Source: an uncultured Candidatus Saccharibacteria bacterium
GTDB lineage: Bacteria; Patescibacteriota; Minisyncoccia; Phycocordibacterales; UBA5272
Direction: 5' to 3'
DNA length: 64,000 nt
Assembly (NCBI GenBank): GCA_964510805.1
Contig: CAZEDG010000002.1
Location: forward strand, 7,653 to 71,652
Shown: positions 9,901 to 16,440 of the stretch, one piece after another
Position numbering within the stretch: the first letter of the stretch is position 1
How the letters are laid out: every line of letters begins with the position of its first letter
Program-made: the position numbers and the translations under genes
The notes under the pieces: model-generated
Databases searched by the model: none
The model's input: only the letters and a program-made list of their open reading frames with translations
Told to the model about the DNA's origin: nothing

Positions 9901-10910
9901 GTGTCTCAGGCGGATCGCCATCTGGTACCCTTACCTCATCATCTAACTCATGTACTATTGCAACAGAAGACTCAACATGTGATGTAACCATGAGCTGGTC
10001 AACCAACTCACCTGTTGGTACAACAGAACTTATTCGCGACGGGCAGGTTGGAGCTCCTATTCCTGACGCTGTTGGTAATAACGTCTCTGATCAACTGATC
10101 CATGTTCCATACGAATCAGATGGTACAGTAGTCTACCAAATCTATAACAACAGTACGTCTCTTGCTTCGAAGTCAATCAATGTAAGTTGTGAGGCCGGAG
10201 CAAACAAATATGATACAGTATCAGGAACATGTGCTGACCCACAAGTGAACGGACTCATTGTAAGAGGTAACTACTATGATGACCCTGGTCATATCGAGTT
10301 CAAGTGTGGAGGATCAGATTCATACGAAGTAAGAATGGATCCAACTGGAGCAAACACTCTTGTACCTGGAGGAAGCGGAGTAAGTACTGGCGATAATCAA
10401 CTTCACAGTGTTTCGGTAAGCACAACACAGGATTATAAAATCATTTGTAAAAAAGGAAGTGTCGAAAAAACAATGACTACATCCTACACAAACCCAGCAG
10501 ACCGCCCACAGGTCGCACTCTCCTTCACCGCCGTGCCTAAGACTATTGAAGTTGGTGGCAAGGTAGTACTCAACTGGGATATCACCTATCCTGCACCTGC
10601 GTGTGTAATGACTGCACAAGTAGTATGTCCTAATGGTACCTGTAACCAGACACTGACAAGTTACCAGGCAGAGCTTAATGCAATGATTCAGTCAGGAAGA
10701 GTTGACCAAGTAGCAGGAAGTCAAACAACTCCAAGAACTATCGCGTCTTCTATCAGTACCGTAACCCCTGGTCACGAAACCACTGATCAGAAAGCAATCG
10801 GCAAGAAGACACTCAGTTCTGTACAAGGAACCACCGACTTCACGATTGACTGTGGAGGGAACAAGAAAGCATCTACTCGTGTCCGTGTTACAAGTAGCAA
10901 GGAGAACTAA
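6999..10910 (+). CDS. Giant secreted cysteine-rich repeat protein (1303 aa). It has about 20 CxxGxYC-type repeats of the ephrin-receptor-like/GCC2-GCC3 style, and C-terminal beta-rich (CARDB/Ig-like) domains.
   Basis: N-terminal signal/TM FLGSMFVIALLLLSS. Reiterated C-SPGQY..GSSC..C..GYYCPGGT units. PDLTIDTIYPTTVTSGVMTTFYTTIENRGTTNTG is CARDB-like. Confidence 0.7.
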   Translation: MYINMMNFINKVFLGSMFVIALLLLSSHIEIVYAGNTKTATYGDPLQLNYNTSGVNSCNNIDVPGGGGYALNGSVSANSSGNFDPGNASVGGIFTLTCIATNGSGPASDSATLTVNPLSCSPGQYTTGSSCVNCGQGYYCPGGTTARQNCEPGYYCPGTTESDHTPCLGGWSSGWNSTVCNPPSCYAGEYWGGSSCLTCTAGNYCPGDQTSHPCADGYTSSGGASSCSPRCTPGNYWTGGSGGSCATCPQGKTCDGTTTQTPCPAGKICDLGTAPGGGTLCTVGNYCPSGTTPGGGVQPPQACGGGMTSNPGATNSSQCFLPSCSPGQYLNASSCEQCTAGYWCDGSGSRTPCSAGTYCPAGTEPSGVNGPKTCPQNSYCPAQSGSPTSCETVGAGYVTNSGGATNAGQCHAPSCTSGDYWNGSSCTTCTAGYYCDGTSGGRTPCPEKFYCGPGTTEPTNPSNPPRTCTAGYMCDAGTTDSGAGSPTPCTQDHFCTGGNSGPSGSNPPTACSTIGTDFVTTGTGATASTDCHLPYCPSGNYWNTGTHACATCPEGKICDGTSAPQPCTAGYYCPAGTKPSGVDGPRNCPVGSWCDGNDGSGGGNTSNNGGYPPQPCLGGLTSPENSISSGACRPPTCPSGEYWNSTASSCKPCTSGNYCGGDGTQTPCPPGFVCGPTTTQPGGTNPPHSCPAGSSCPGGNTDPADTDTNTNPPIVCTANHYCPTGPIITDPGTDNPLPCPEGKWSTVGSSQLSDCQSSNPSGPDLTIDTIYPTTVTSGVMTTFYTTIENRGTTNTGASFYNLVYFADQTDGNGTISTTTPYNGLYPAYYTGKMGILGVSEATTTSARHAFTAPGSVKFCTDKQNQNDATGLVNEGTGENNNCTGWINIAISGVSSCSPGMYNNGSCVACPPGNFCSGGTTPSPCPSNTYCDGAGPGGIGNTPPGGIYPPVSCSGGFVSPQGSGSSGSCVSGGSPSGTLTSSSNSCTIATEDSTCDVTMSWSTNSPVGTTELIRDGQVGAPIPDAVGNNVSDQLIHVPYESDGTVVYQIYNNSTSLASKSINVSCEAGANKYDTVSGTCADPQVNGLIVRGNYYDDPGHIEFKCGGSDSYEVRMDPTGANTLVPGGSGVSTGDNQLHSVSVSTTQDYKIICKKGSVEKTMTTSYTNPADRPQVALSFTAVPKTIEVGGKVVLNWDITYPAPACVMTAQVVCPNGTCNQTLTSYQAELNAMIQSGRVDQVAGSQTTPRTIASSISTVTPGHETTDQKAIGKKTLSSVQGTTDFTIDCGGNKKASTRVRVTSSKEN

Positions 10911-10954
10911 GGCTAGTAATTCGTTATTAGTTATTCGTAATTAGTAAATACTAA

Positions 10955-11240
10955 TATAACAAAAGAGCGAGGCCTTCGGCCTCGCTCTTGTGTTATATTC
11001 TGCATTTTATCTTCATTCTTCATGCTTCATTCCTCTTTCTCTACCATTAACCATTAACTATAAACTATTAACCTTGTATTTTGCTCTTCATTCTTCATGC
11101 TTCATTCCTCTTTCTCTACCATTTACCATTCACTATAAACTCTTAACTTATCCGTATTTTCTAATCTCTAAAGTCTAACGTCTAATATCTAGTGTCTAGT
11201 GTCTAACCTCTAATATCTAAAGTCTAATATCTAGTCTTCC
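10955..11240. repeat. MITE-like element, copy E4, in opposite orientation (cttc loop). It has an internal tandem duplication of about 65 bp and an extended right arm.
   Basis: Hairpin gagcgaggccttcggcctcgctc at 10965-10987. Two tandem copies of cattcttcatgcttcattcctctttctctaccattaaccattaactataaactattaacc at about 11022-11150. ctaaagtctaacgtctaatatctag-type repeats at 11168-11235. Confidence 0.75.
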
Positions 11241-11293
11241 TCCCCTCTTCATTCTTCACTCTTCTCTCGTATCTTCTATGGTATACTTTTCTC

Positions 11294-11665
11294 ATGTTCA
11301 ACATCTGGCCATACTTACTTCGTCTTGCGGTAGCACTGTACTTCATCTACCCTCACGCGCTTGCCCTTTCTGAGGGTGTTAAGAAGGCCCGCATGGCTCT
11401 TTTCGAATGTCTCTATCAATCAATCAAGATCTCCGAAACTGTCACCTTCACCCTATGGCATGCATTCTTCATCTTTCTTGGTGTGCTTGTACTCATCTGG
11501 CCACGACCGATACTCCCTCTCCTTGTAGTACTTATTGTCCTTGCTTCCACACTCTACATTAACTTCTCTACTGGTAACTTCACAAGCGCAAACATGCTCA
11601 TCTTTGTCCTTATCTTAGTCACCCTCGCACTCATGATCTACAATGCACGACCACAGTTCAGATAG
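11294..11665 (+). CDS. Small multi-pass membrane protein, hypothetical.
   Basis: The ORF is 123 aa with 3-4 hydrophobic helices. Confidence 0.5.
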   Translation: MFNIWPYLLRLAVALYFIYPHALALSEGVKKARMALFECLYQSIKISETVTFTLWHAFFIFLGVLVLIWPRPILPLLVVLIVLASTLYINFSTGNFTSANMLIFVLILVTLALMIYNARPQFR

Positions 11666-11782
11666 CGATGAATATTTCTGTTTCCAAAAAAAAATTTGAC
11701 ACAAAATTAAATATATTGTAGTCTCTATTTAGGCCGTACACCTTTGATGAACCTGAACTCAAACTCGTAAGGAGGAAGAGCT

Positions 11783-12061
11783 ATGCCTAAAAAGGCAGAT
11801 ATGTCCTTCTGGAAAACCTCTAACAATCTAGTTAGATTCCTGCAAGGAGATGCAGAAGCGTCTTTAGACAGCTATCAAAAAGCACTTGAACAAAAGATGG
11901 AAAGTCATCGTCTTGCAAGTGAACACGAACTTGCAGAAAACCTTGCAAAACTTCTCAGTGAAGTCATAGCACTGCGTCAAATGCAGTTGCACTTATCAAT
12001 GACTCTTGTTGCCAAAGGAATGGAACCTTACACAGAAGATGTGACGACAGGGCTCCATTAA
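11783..12061 (+). CDS. Hypothetical small helical protein.
   Basis: The ORF is 92 aa and is preceded by a strong SD, aaggaggaagagct-ATG. Confidence 0.5.
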   Translation: MPKKADMSFWKTSNNLVRFLQGDAEASLDSYQKALEQKMESHRLASEHELAENLAKLLSEVIALRQMQLHLSMTLVAKGMEPYTEDVTTGLH

Positions 12062-12148
12062 CCATGCCAAGAGCAAGAAAACAACCCCTCCATAAAGAAG
12101 AGGGGTGTTTTGTTTTTTAAGAAAAGTATTATACTTAATAGTATTATG

Positions 12149-12514
12149 TCAATCGAACACACACCCACAAACACAAATGAAAAGGCTATTGAGCCTGTAC
12201 TCTCAAATAAAGTAGAAGCACAGAAACTGCTTCTAGAAATAGAAGAATTAAGAAGTCGTATCACATCATTAGAAGCGCAAACAGCATCTGCGACAATGGA
12301 ACTAGACAATGCGTTAGCTTCTAAGGATCGATCAAAAGTAGGGGCCCTTCAAAAAATTATTGCTCTAAATAATACTGAAAGAGGAAAGCTAAACCTTGAA
12401 CTTATTAAAAAAGAAGGAGAGTTACGAGAGAACACTGAAGCGCTTGATAGAAAATATGCAGTGAAGGAAAACGATATCTGGGCAGGGAGAGACACTGAGC
12501 GTAGAAGTAACTAA
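12149..12514 (+). CDS. Hypothetical coiled-coil protein.
   Basis: The ORF 12110..12514 has an internal ATG at 12149 (MSIEH...). LLLEIEELRSRITSLEAQ shows a heptad pattern. Confidence 0.45.
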   Translation, partial: SIEHTPTNTNEKAIEPVLSNKVEAQKLLLEIEELRSRITSLEAQTASATMELDNALASKDRSKVGALQKIIALNNTERGKLNLELIKKEGELRENTEALDRKYAVKENDIWAGRDTERRSN

Positions 12515-12528
12515 GAAAAGTAGCATTT

Positions 12529-15189
12529 GTGCAACTTAACTCAGAAGTAGCTTTACTTTCAAGACTAACCAAAGATCATGCATCTGGTCTTGCTCGTCTT
12601 TCGATTACCACAATCAAGGATTTGCTTTTTCACTTTCCTGTTCGTTATGCTGACATGCGAGAGATTGGAAGTACAAAGACACTTGCAAAAGGAGAAGCGG
12701 TTACACTCTTTGGCATACTCGAGAAGGTCACCGTCAAGCGAAGCTTCCGTGGCCATATTCCCATGACCGAAGCCAGGCTTCGTGATGCATCAGGAACACT
12801 TCGTCTTGTATGGTTCAACCAAGCCTACATTGGCAAGATGTACACCGATGATACAAAAGTAAAGATTCAAGGCATTATCCAAGAAGACTCGCGAGGATTC
12901 TTCTTGACCAACCCTAGCATAGAAAAGATACAAGCAATCCCAGAGCCAACTGAGAGTCTCTTTACAATAGATATAAGCGAAGACGGAAAATCAAAAGAAC
13001 AAGAACCTCTCTTCCTCACCCCTGTCTATCCAGAAACAAAAGGAGTTTCTTCGCTCTACCTCTACACACTTATCAAAAAAATTTTTACAAGTAATCTCAT
13101 AGACACACTAGAGGATCCAATACCAGAGGATATTCTCAAGAAGCTTCATCTTCCATCACTCAAAGATGCTCTCACGTATATACATTTTCCTAAAGAGCAC
13201 ACTCATACAGTTATAGCGAGAAAGCGATTTGCCTTCGAGGAGATCTTCTACCTTCAGATAAAACAAAACAAAGAAAAACAGGAAGCAAAGAACTCTCTTG
13301 CGTATCCAATCACTGTACAAAAAAAAGAGCTGAAGGAATTCATGGAGAGGTTTCCTTTTACACCAACACAGGGGCAATATAACGCAATTGACTCCATACT
13401 CTCTGATCTCAAGAAGACCGAGCCAATGGGAAGACTTCTTGAAGGAGATGTTGGAAGTGGCAAGACATTCGTCGCTGCGACTGTTGCATATATGACACTC
13501 CTTCATGCAAATGAAAGCTCTGGTAAGAGACTTCAGGTTGCTTACATGGCACCAACTGAGATACTCGCCAAGCAACACTTCGAGAGCTTCATAACCTATC
13601 TCCAGGGTACCGGTATCGAGATCGGACTTCTCACAGGATCCGGGTGCAAAAAATACCCAAGCAAAGGAGGAGATGAAGTAACCAATATATCAAAAGCACA
13701 GCTTCGCACATGGCTTCATGATGGCCGTGTCTCTATCGTCATAGGTACTCATGCGCTTATCCAAAAGACAATTACCTTCGACTCTCTCGCGCTCATCATT
13801 ATCGATGAACAGCATCGCTTCGGTGTTAAGCAACGTAAACTCTTAGCGCAGAAAGGACGCAGAAATAACGCAGAACAAGCGGAACAAGTAGAAGAATATA
13901 ACCATACTCTTCTTGATGAAAAAAAATCCAATCTTCTCTATGAGACTACAACATATACATTACGCGAAGCATTGTTTACAATAAAAAAAGAACTAGGCGG
14001 TGGCCACAAAGAGATAATCTACGAAAGAGCACTTGAAGAAGAACTAACACGAAAAGGAATACGTTTTTCTCGTCAAGTATCTCTACCTGTCCTATATCGT
14101 GATAAGCAAATTGGAACCTATAGACCTGACTTTATCATTGAAGATAGTATAATTCTTGAATTAAAAGCATTATCTTTTATTGGAGCAGAAGCAAAAAAAC
14201 AACTTTGGACTTATCTAAAAAATACAAAATATTCACTTGGTATTTTAGTGAACTTTTCTCCTACAGAATTACAAATTCAAAGAGTTGTGTACGACACAGC
14301 AAGAACTTCTTCCGCGTCAGTTCCGCCCAGTTCTGCGGTGTCTGCATATAAAATCCCTCACCTTCTCTCAATGACCGCAACACCTATTCCACGCACACTT
14401 GCGCTCACCATGTTCGGGGATCTTGATCTTACTGTGCTTGATGAAGTGCCAAAGGAACGCAAGCGTATCATAACCGAAATTGTACGATCATCTAAACGAA
14501 AAGAAATCTACGAAAAAGTGCGCGAAGAGTTACGAAGTGGTCGCCAAGTGTATGTTATTTGTCCACGTATCGAAGAGGATGACGAAGCGCTTGCAGATAA
14601 GCAAATGCTACGAAGTGTAAAAGAAGAAGCAAAGCGATTAAGTGATACTGTCTTCCCAGAATATGTGATCGATATCCTTCACAGCAAAATGAAGAAAGAA
14701 GAAAAAGAAGAAGTGATGCAAGATTTTCTTGATAAAAAATCAGATATCTTAGTTGCAACCTCAGTGGTTGAAGTTGGAGTGAATGTGCCGAATGCTTCTG
14801 TGATTATTATCGAGCACGCTGACCGCTTCGGCCTTGCACAGCTTCATCAGTTACGTGGTCGCGTCGGAAGAGCAGAACATCAATCATACTGTTACCTCTT
14901 CACCGAAGGAGTAAGTGAAGTTACGTATAACAGACTTATCTCTTTAGTAAAAGCAAAGAACGGCTTCGAGTTAGCTGAGATGGACATGCTTGCACGCGGT
15001 ATCGGCACCTTAAATGATGGCAAGCAATGGGGGCTAAGTGACTTAGCAATGGAAGCAATCAAGAATCCTAAGCTTGTTGAGATTGCACAACAAGAAGCAA
15101 AGTTACTCATAGAAAAAGATACAAGTCTTAACAATCACCCTCACCTTCGCGACCACATCAAGACACACAGTGATGTGCATATGGAGTAG
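12529..15189 (+). CDS. recG: ATP-dependent DNA helicase RecG carrying an in-frame GxxExxY-family PD-(D/E)XK domain insertion.
   Basis: LLFHFPVRYADM wedge-region motif. Helicase motif I GDVGSGKTFVA, motif II IIIDEQHRFG and motif III MTATPIPRTL. VATSVVEVGVNVP and QLRGRVGR are also present. An extra segment of about 167 aa lies between motifs II and III. Confidence 0.85.
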   Translation: MQLNSEVALLSRLTKDHASGLARLSITTIKDLLFHFPVRYADMREIGSTKTLAKGEAVTLFGILEKVTVKRSFRGHIPMTEARLRDASGTLRLVWFNQAYIGKMYTDDTKVKIQGIIQEDSRGFFLTNPSIEKIQAIPEPTESLFTIDISEDGKSKEQEPLFLTPVYPETKGVSSLYLYTLIKKIFTSNLIDTLEDPIPEDILKKLHLPSLKDALTYIHFPKEHTHTVIARKRFAFEEIFYLQIKQNKEKQEAKNSLAYPITVQKKELKEFMERFPFTPTQGQYNAIDSILSDLKKTEPMGRLLEGDVGSGKTFVAATVAYMTLLHANESSGKRLQVAYMAPTEILAKQHFESFITYLQGTGIEIGLLTGSGCKKYPSKGGDEVTNISKAQLRTWLHDGRVSIVIGTHALIQKTITFDSLALIIIDEQHRFGVKQRKLLAQKGRRNNAEQAEQVEEYNHTLLDEKKSNLLYETTTYTLREALFTIKKELGGGHKEIIYERALEEELTRKGIRFSRQVSLPVLYRDKQIGTYRPDFIIEDSIILELKALSFIGAEAKKQLWTYLKNTKYSLGILVNFSPTELQIQRVVYDTARTSSASVPPSSAVSAYKIPHLLSMTATPIPRTLALTMFGDLDLTVLDEVPKERKRIITEIVRSSKRKEIYEKVREELRSGRQVYVICPRIEEDDEALADKQMLRSVKEEAKRLSDTVFPEYVIDILHSKMKKEEKEEVMQDFLDKKSDILVATSVVEVGVNVPNASVIIIEHADRFGLAQLHQLRGRVGRAEHQSYCYLFTEGVSEVTYNRLISLVKAKNGFELAEMDMLARGIGTLNDGKQWGLSDLAMEAIKNPKLVEIAQQEAKLLIEKDTSLNNHPHLRDHIKTHSDVHME
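13950..14300 (+). other. GxxExxY (PDDEXK_3-like) nuclease-fold domain embedded in RecG.
   Basis: GGGHKEIIYERALEEELTRKGIRFSRQVSLPVLYRDKQIGTYRPDFIIEDSIILELKA...LGILVNF matches the GxxExxY family architecture: G-x-x-E-x-x-Y, then D...(D/E)xK. The segment is more AT-rich than the flanking recG sequence. Confidence 0.7.
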
Positions 15190-15194
15190 CTGGA

Positions 15195-15365
15195 AACTAG
15201 ATGTTAGATATTAGACTTTAGAGATTAGAAAACACGGATAAGTTAATGGTTAATAGTTAATGGTTAATAGTAAATACAAATACACAAAGAGCGAGGCCTT
15301 CGGCCTCGCTCTTGTATTTGTATTTTTATCTAGAGCCTAAAGTCTAATATCTAACATCTAGTTTA
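15195..15365. repeat. MITE-like element, copy E5. It is complete: left arm, hairpin at 15289-15311 and right arm at 15337-15361.
   Basis: ctagatgttagatattagactttagagattagaaaacac ... gagcgaggccttcggcctcgctc ... ctaaagtctaatatctaacatctag. Confidence 0.8.
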
Positions 15366-15419
15366 ACTTCACTCCTCATTCTCTACAATTAACCATTAAC
15401 TACTTTGTCGTACCTTATC

Positions 15420-15800
15420 CTCAAAGTGCATCCACCTGGACCAGGAACCTGCGGACCAGTCTTGTATACTAAGACGTATTTTTTATGCACTCCTGTCTTA
15501 TAAACATGGTGCGCCCACCTGGACTCGAACCAGGGACCAGTCGTGTATACTAAGTCGTATTTTGATTTCATTCGTACCTTATCCTCAAAGTGCATCCACC
15601 TGGACTCGAACCAGGGACCAGTCGTGTATAAGACGACGGCTCTACCAACTGAGCTATGGATGCACTTTGTTGACAATGTACTCATTTATCAAAATAAGAC
15701 GACGGCTCTACCAACAAAGCTTAGGCGCACTATGTTTATAATCCCCTCGTTTTCAAAAATAAGACGACGGCTCTATCTGCAAAACTTAAATCCAACAAAA
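15420..15800 (-). repeat. Cluster of partial tRNA copies around the tRNA above: two degenerate 3' halves and two degenerate 5' halves.
   Basis: 3'-half copies are at about 15430-15480 and 15505-15560; the latter reads ...CCTGGTTCGAGTCCAGGTGGGCGCACCA with an encoded CCA. 5'-half copies are at about 15700-15740 and 15755-15800 (aagacgacggctctacc...). ORFs 15389..15685 and 15543..15869 are artefacts of this array. Confidence 0.6.
15591..15663 (-). tRNA. tRNA with anticodon UAU (predicted tRNA-Ile, AUA-decoding; tentative isotype).
   Basis: The reverse complement folds as acceptor GCATCCA/TGGATGC, D-arm GCTC-AGTTGGTA-GAGC, anticodon stem GTCGT/ACGAC with loop CTTATAC, variable loop TGGTC, and T-arm CCTGG-TTCGAGT-CCAGG, with discriminator A. 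No CCA is encoded. Confidence 0.55.
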
Positions 15801-15987
15801 CCTTACAATCCTCACTCACAGAAAAGTAGTATATCAAAAAACAGCGTCTTTTTCTACATGAGCGACTAAACCAAATACCAACTTAAAAAATGCAGTTCTT
15901 CAGAGTCTATTGCAAAACTCTACAAAACCTTTATCATAGAAAGAGTCACCTCATACGAAGGTGATACAACACACTCAGGAGCAAGCA

Positions 15988-16212
15988 ATGGCAAAGAACT
16001 TGACCGCAGGAGATTCCTGCGATCGATTCCCTGGAGATATGCGCCAACTCATTCGAGAACAGGTGCGCTCACGGAACACCGAAGGAGTGCACGGCGGAAG
16101 CCATCTCTCGGACCATCGAGCCGTCGGCGCATCAACAAGTCCTGAAGACCGTGAGGCACTCAACCGCTTCATGGACCTCTCTTCAGGAAACAACCCTTGC
16201 TCACTGATGTGA
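15988..16212 (+). CDS. Small GC-rich ORF (75 aa) or structured small RNA of foreign composition. Coding status is uncertain.
   Basis: About 55-57% GC over about 250 bp in a genome below 40% GC. SD caggag is 6 nt before the ATG at 15988. A terminator ccccgcccc-acaa-gggcgg followed by ttctttat lies at about 16207-16235. Confidence 0.3.
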   Translation: MAKNLTAGDSCDRFPGDMRQLIREQVRSRNTEGVHGGSHLSDHRAVGASTSPEDREALNRFMDLSSGNNPCSLM

Positions 16213-16227
16213 GCAACACCCCGCCCC

Positions 16228-16440
16228 ACAAGGGCGGTTCTTTATATGACAGTTGCTAGTAAATAGTTACTAGTTAATAGTAAAAGAACACAAGAGCGAG
16301 GCCGAAGGCCTCGCTCTCTGTATTGATGCCCACCATTAACCATTAACTATAAACTATTAACCTGTATTTTGCTCTTCACTCTTTACACCTCATTCTTCAC
16401 TCTCTTCCTAACGTCTAATATCTAGTGTCTACCCCTACAC
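16228..16440. repeat. MITE-like element, copy E6.
   Basis: Hairpin gagcgaggccgaaggcctcgctc at 16294-16316. ccaccattaaccattaactataaactattaacc subrepeat. Right arm ctaacgtctaatatctagtgtctac. Confidence 0.75.

Noticed and set aside
694-11235. Possible CRISPR array, given the many short repeated units such as ctaacatctag and ttagactttag.
   Set aside because: The units are irregular in length and spacing, partly inverted, and separated by only a few nucleotides rather than by unique spacers of 25-40 bp. They are arms of the palindromic elements.
13858-14358. Intein in RecG.
   Set aside because: The insert begins with Arg-Arg-Asn and ends Tyr-Lys-Ile before Pro. It has no Cys/Ser/Thr at the N-terminal junction, no His-Asn C-terminal dipeptide and no downstream nucleophile, and no Hint-domain blocks.
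15389-15869. ORFs of 98 and 108 aa with repetitive YTTGPWFESRW-type translations.
   Set aside because: They are produced by translating the tandem tRNA-fragment repeats. The nucleotide-level tRNA structure explains the repetition.
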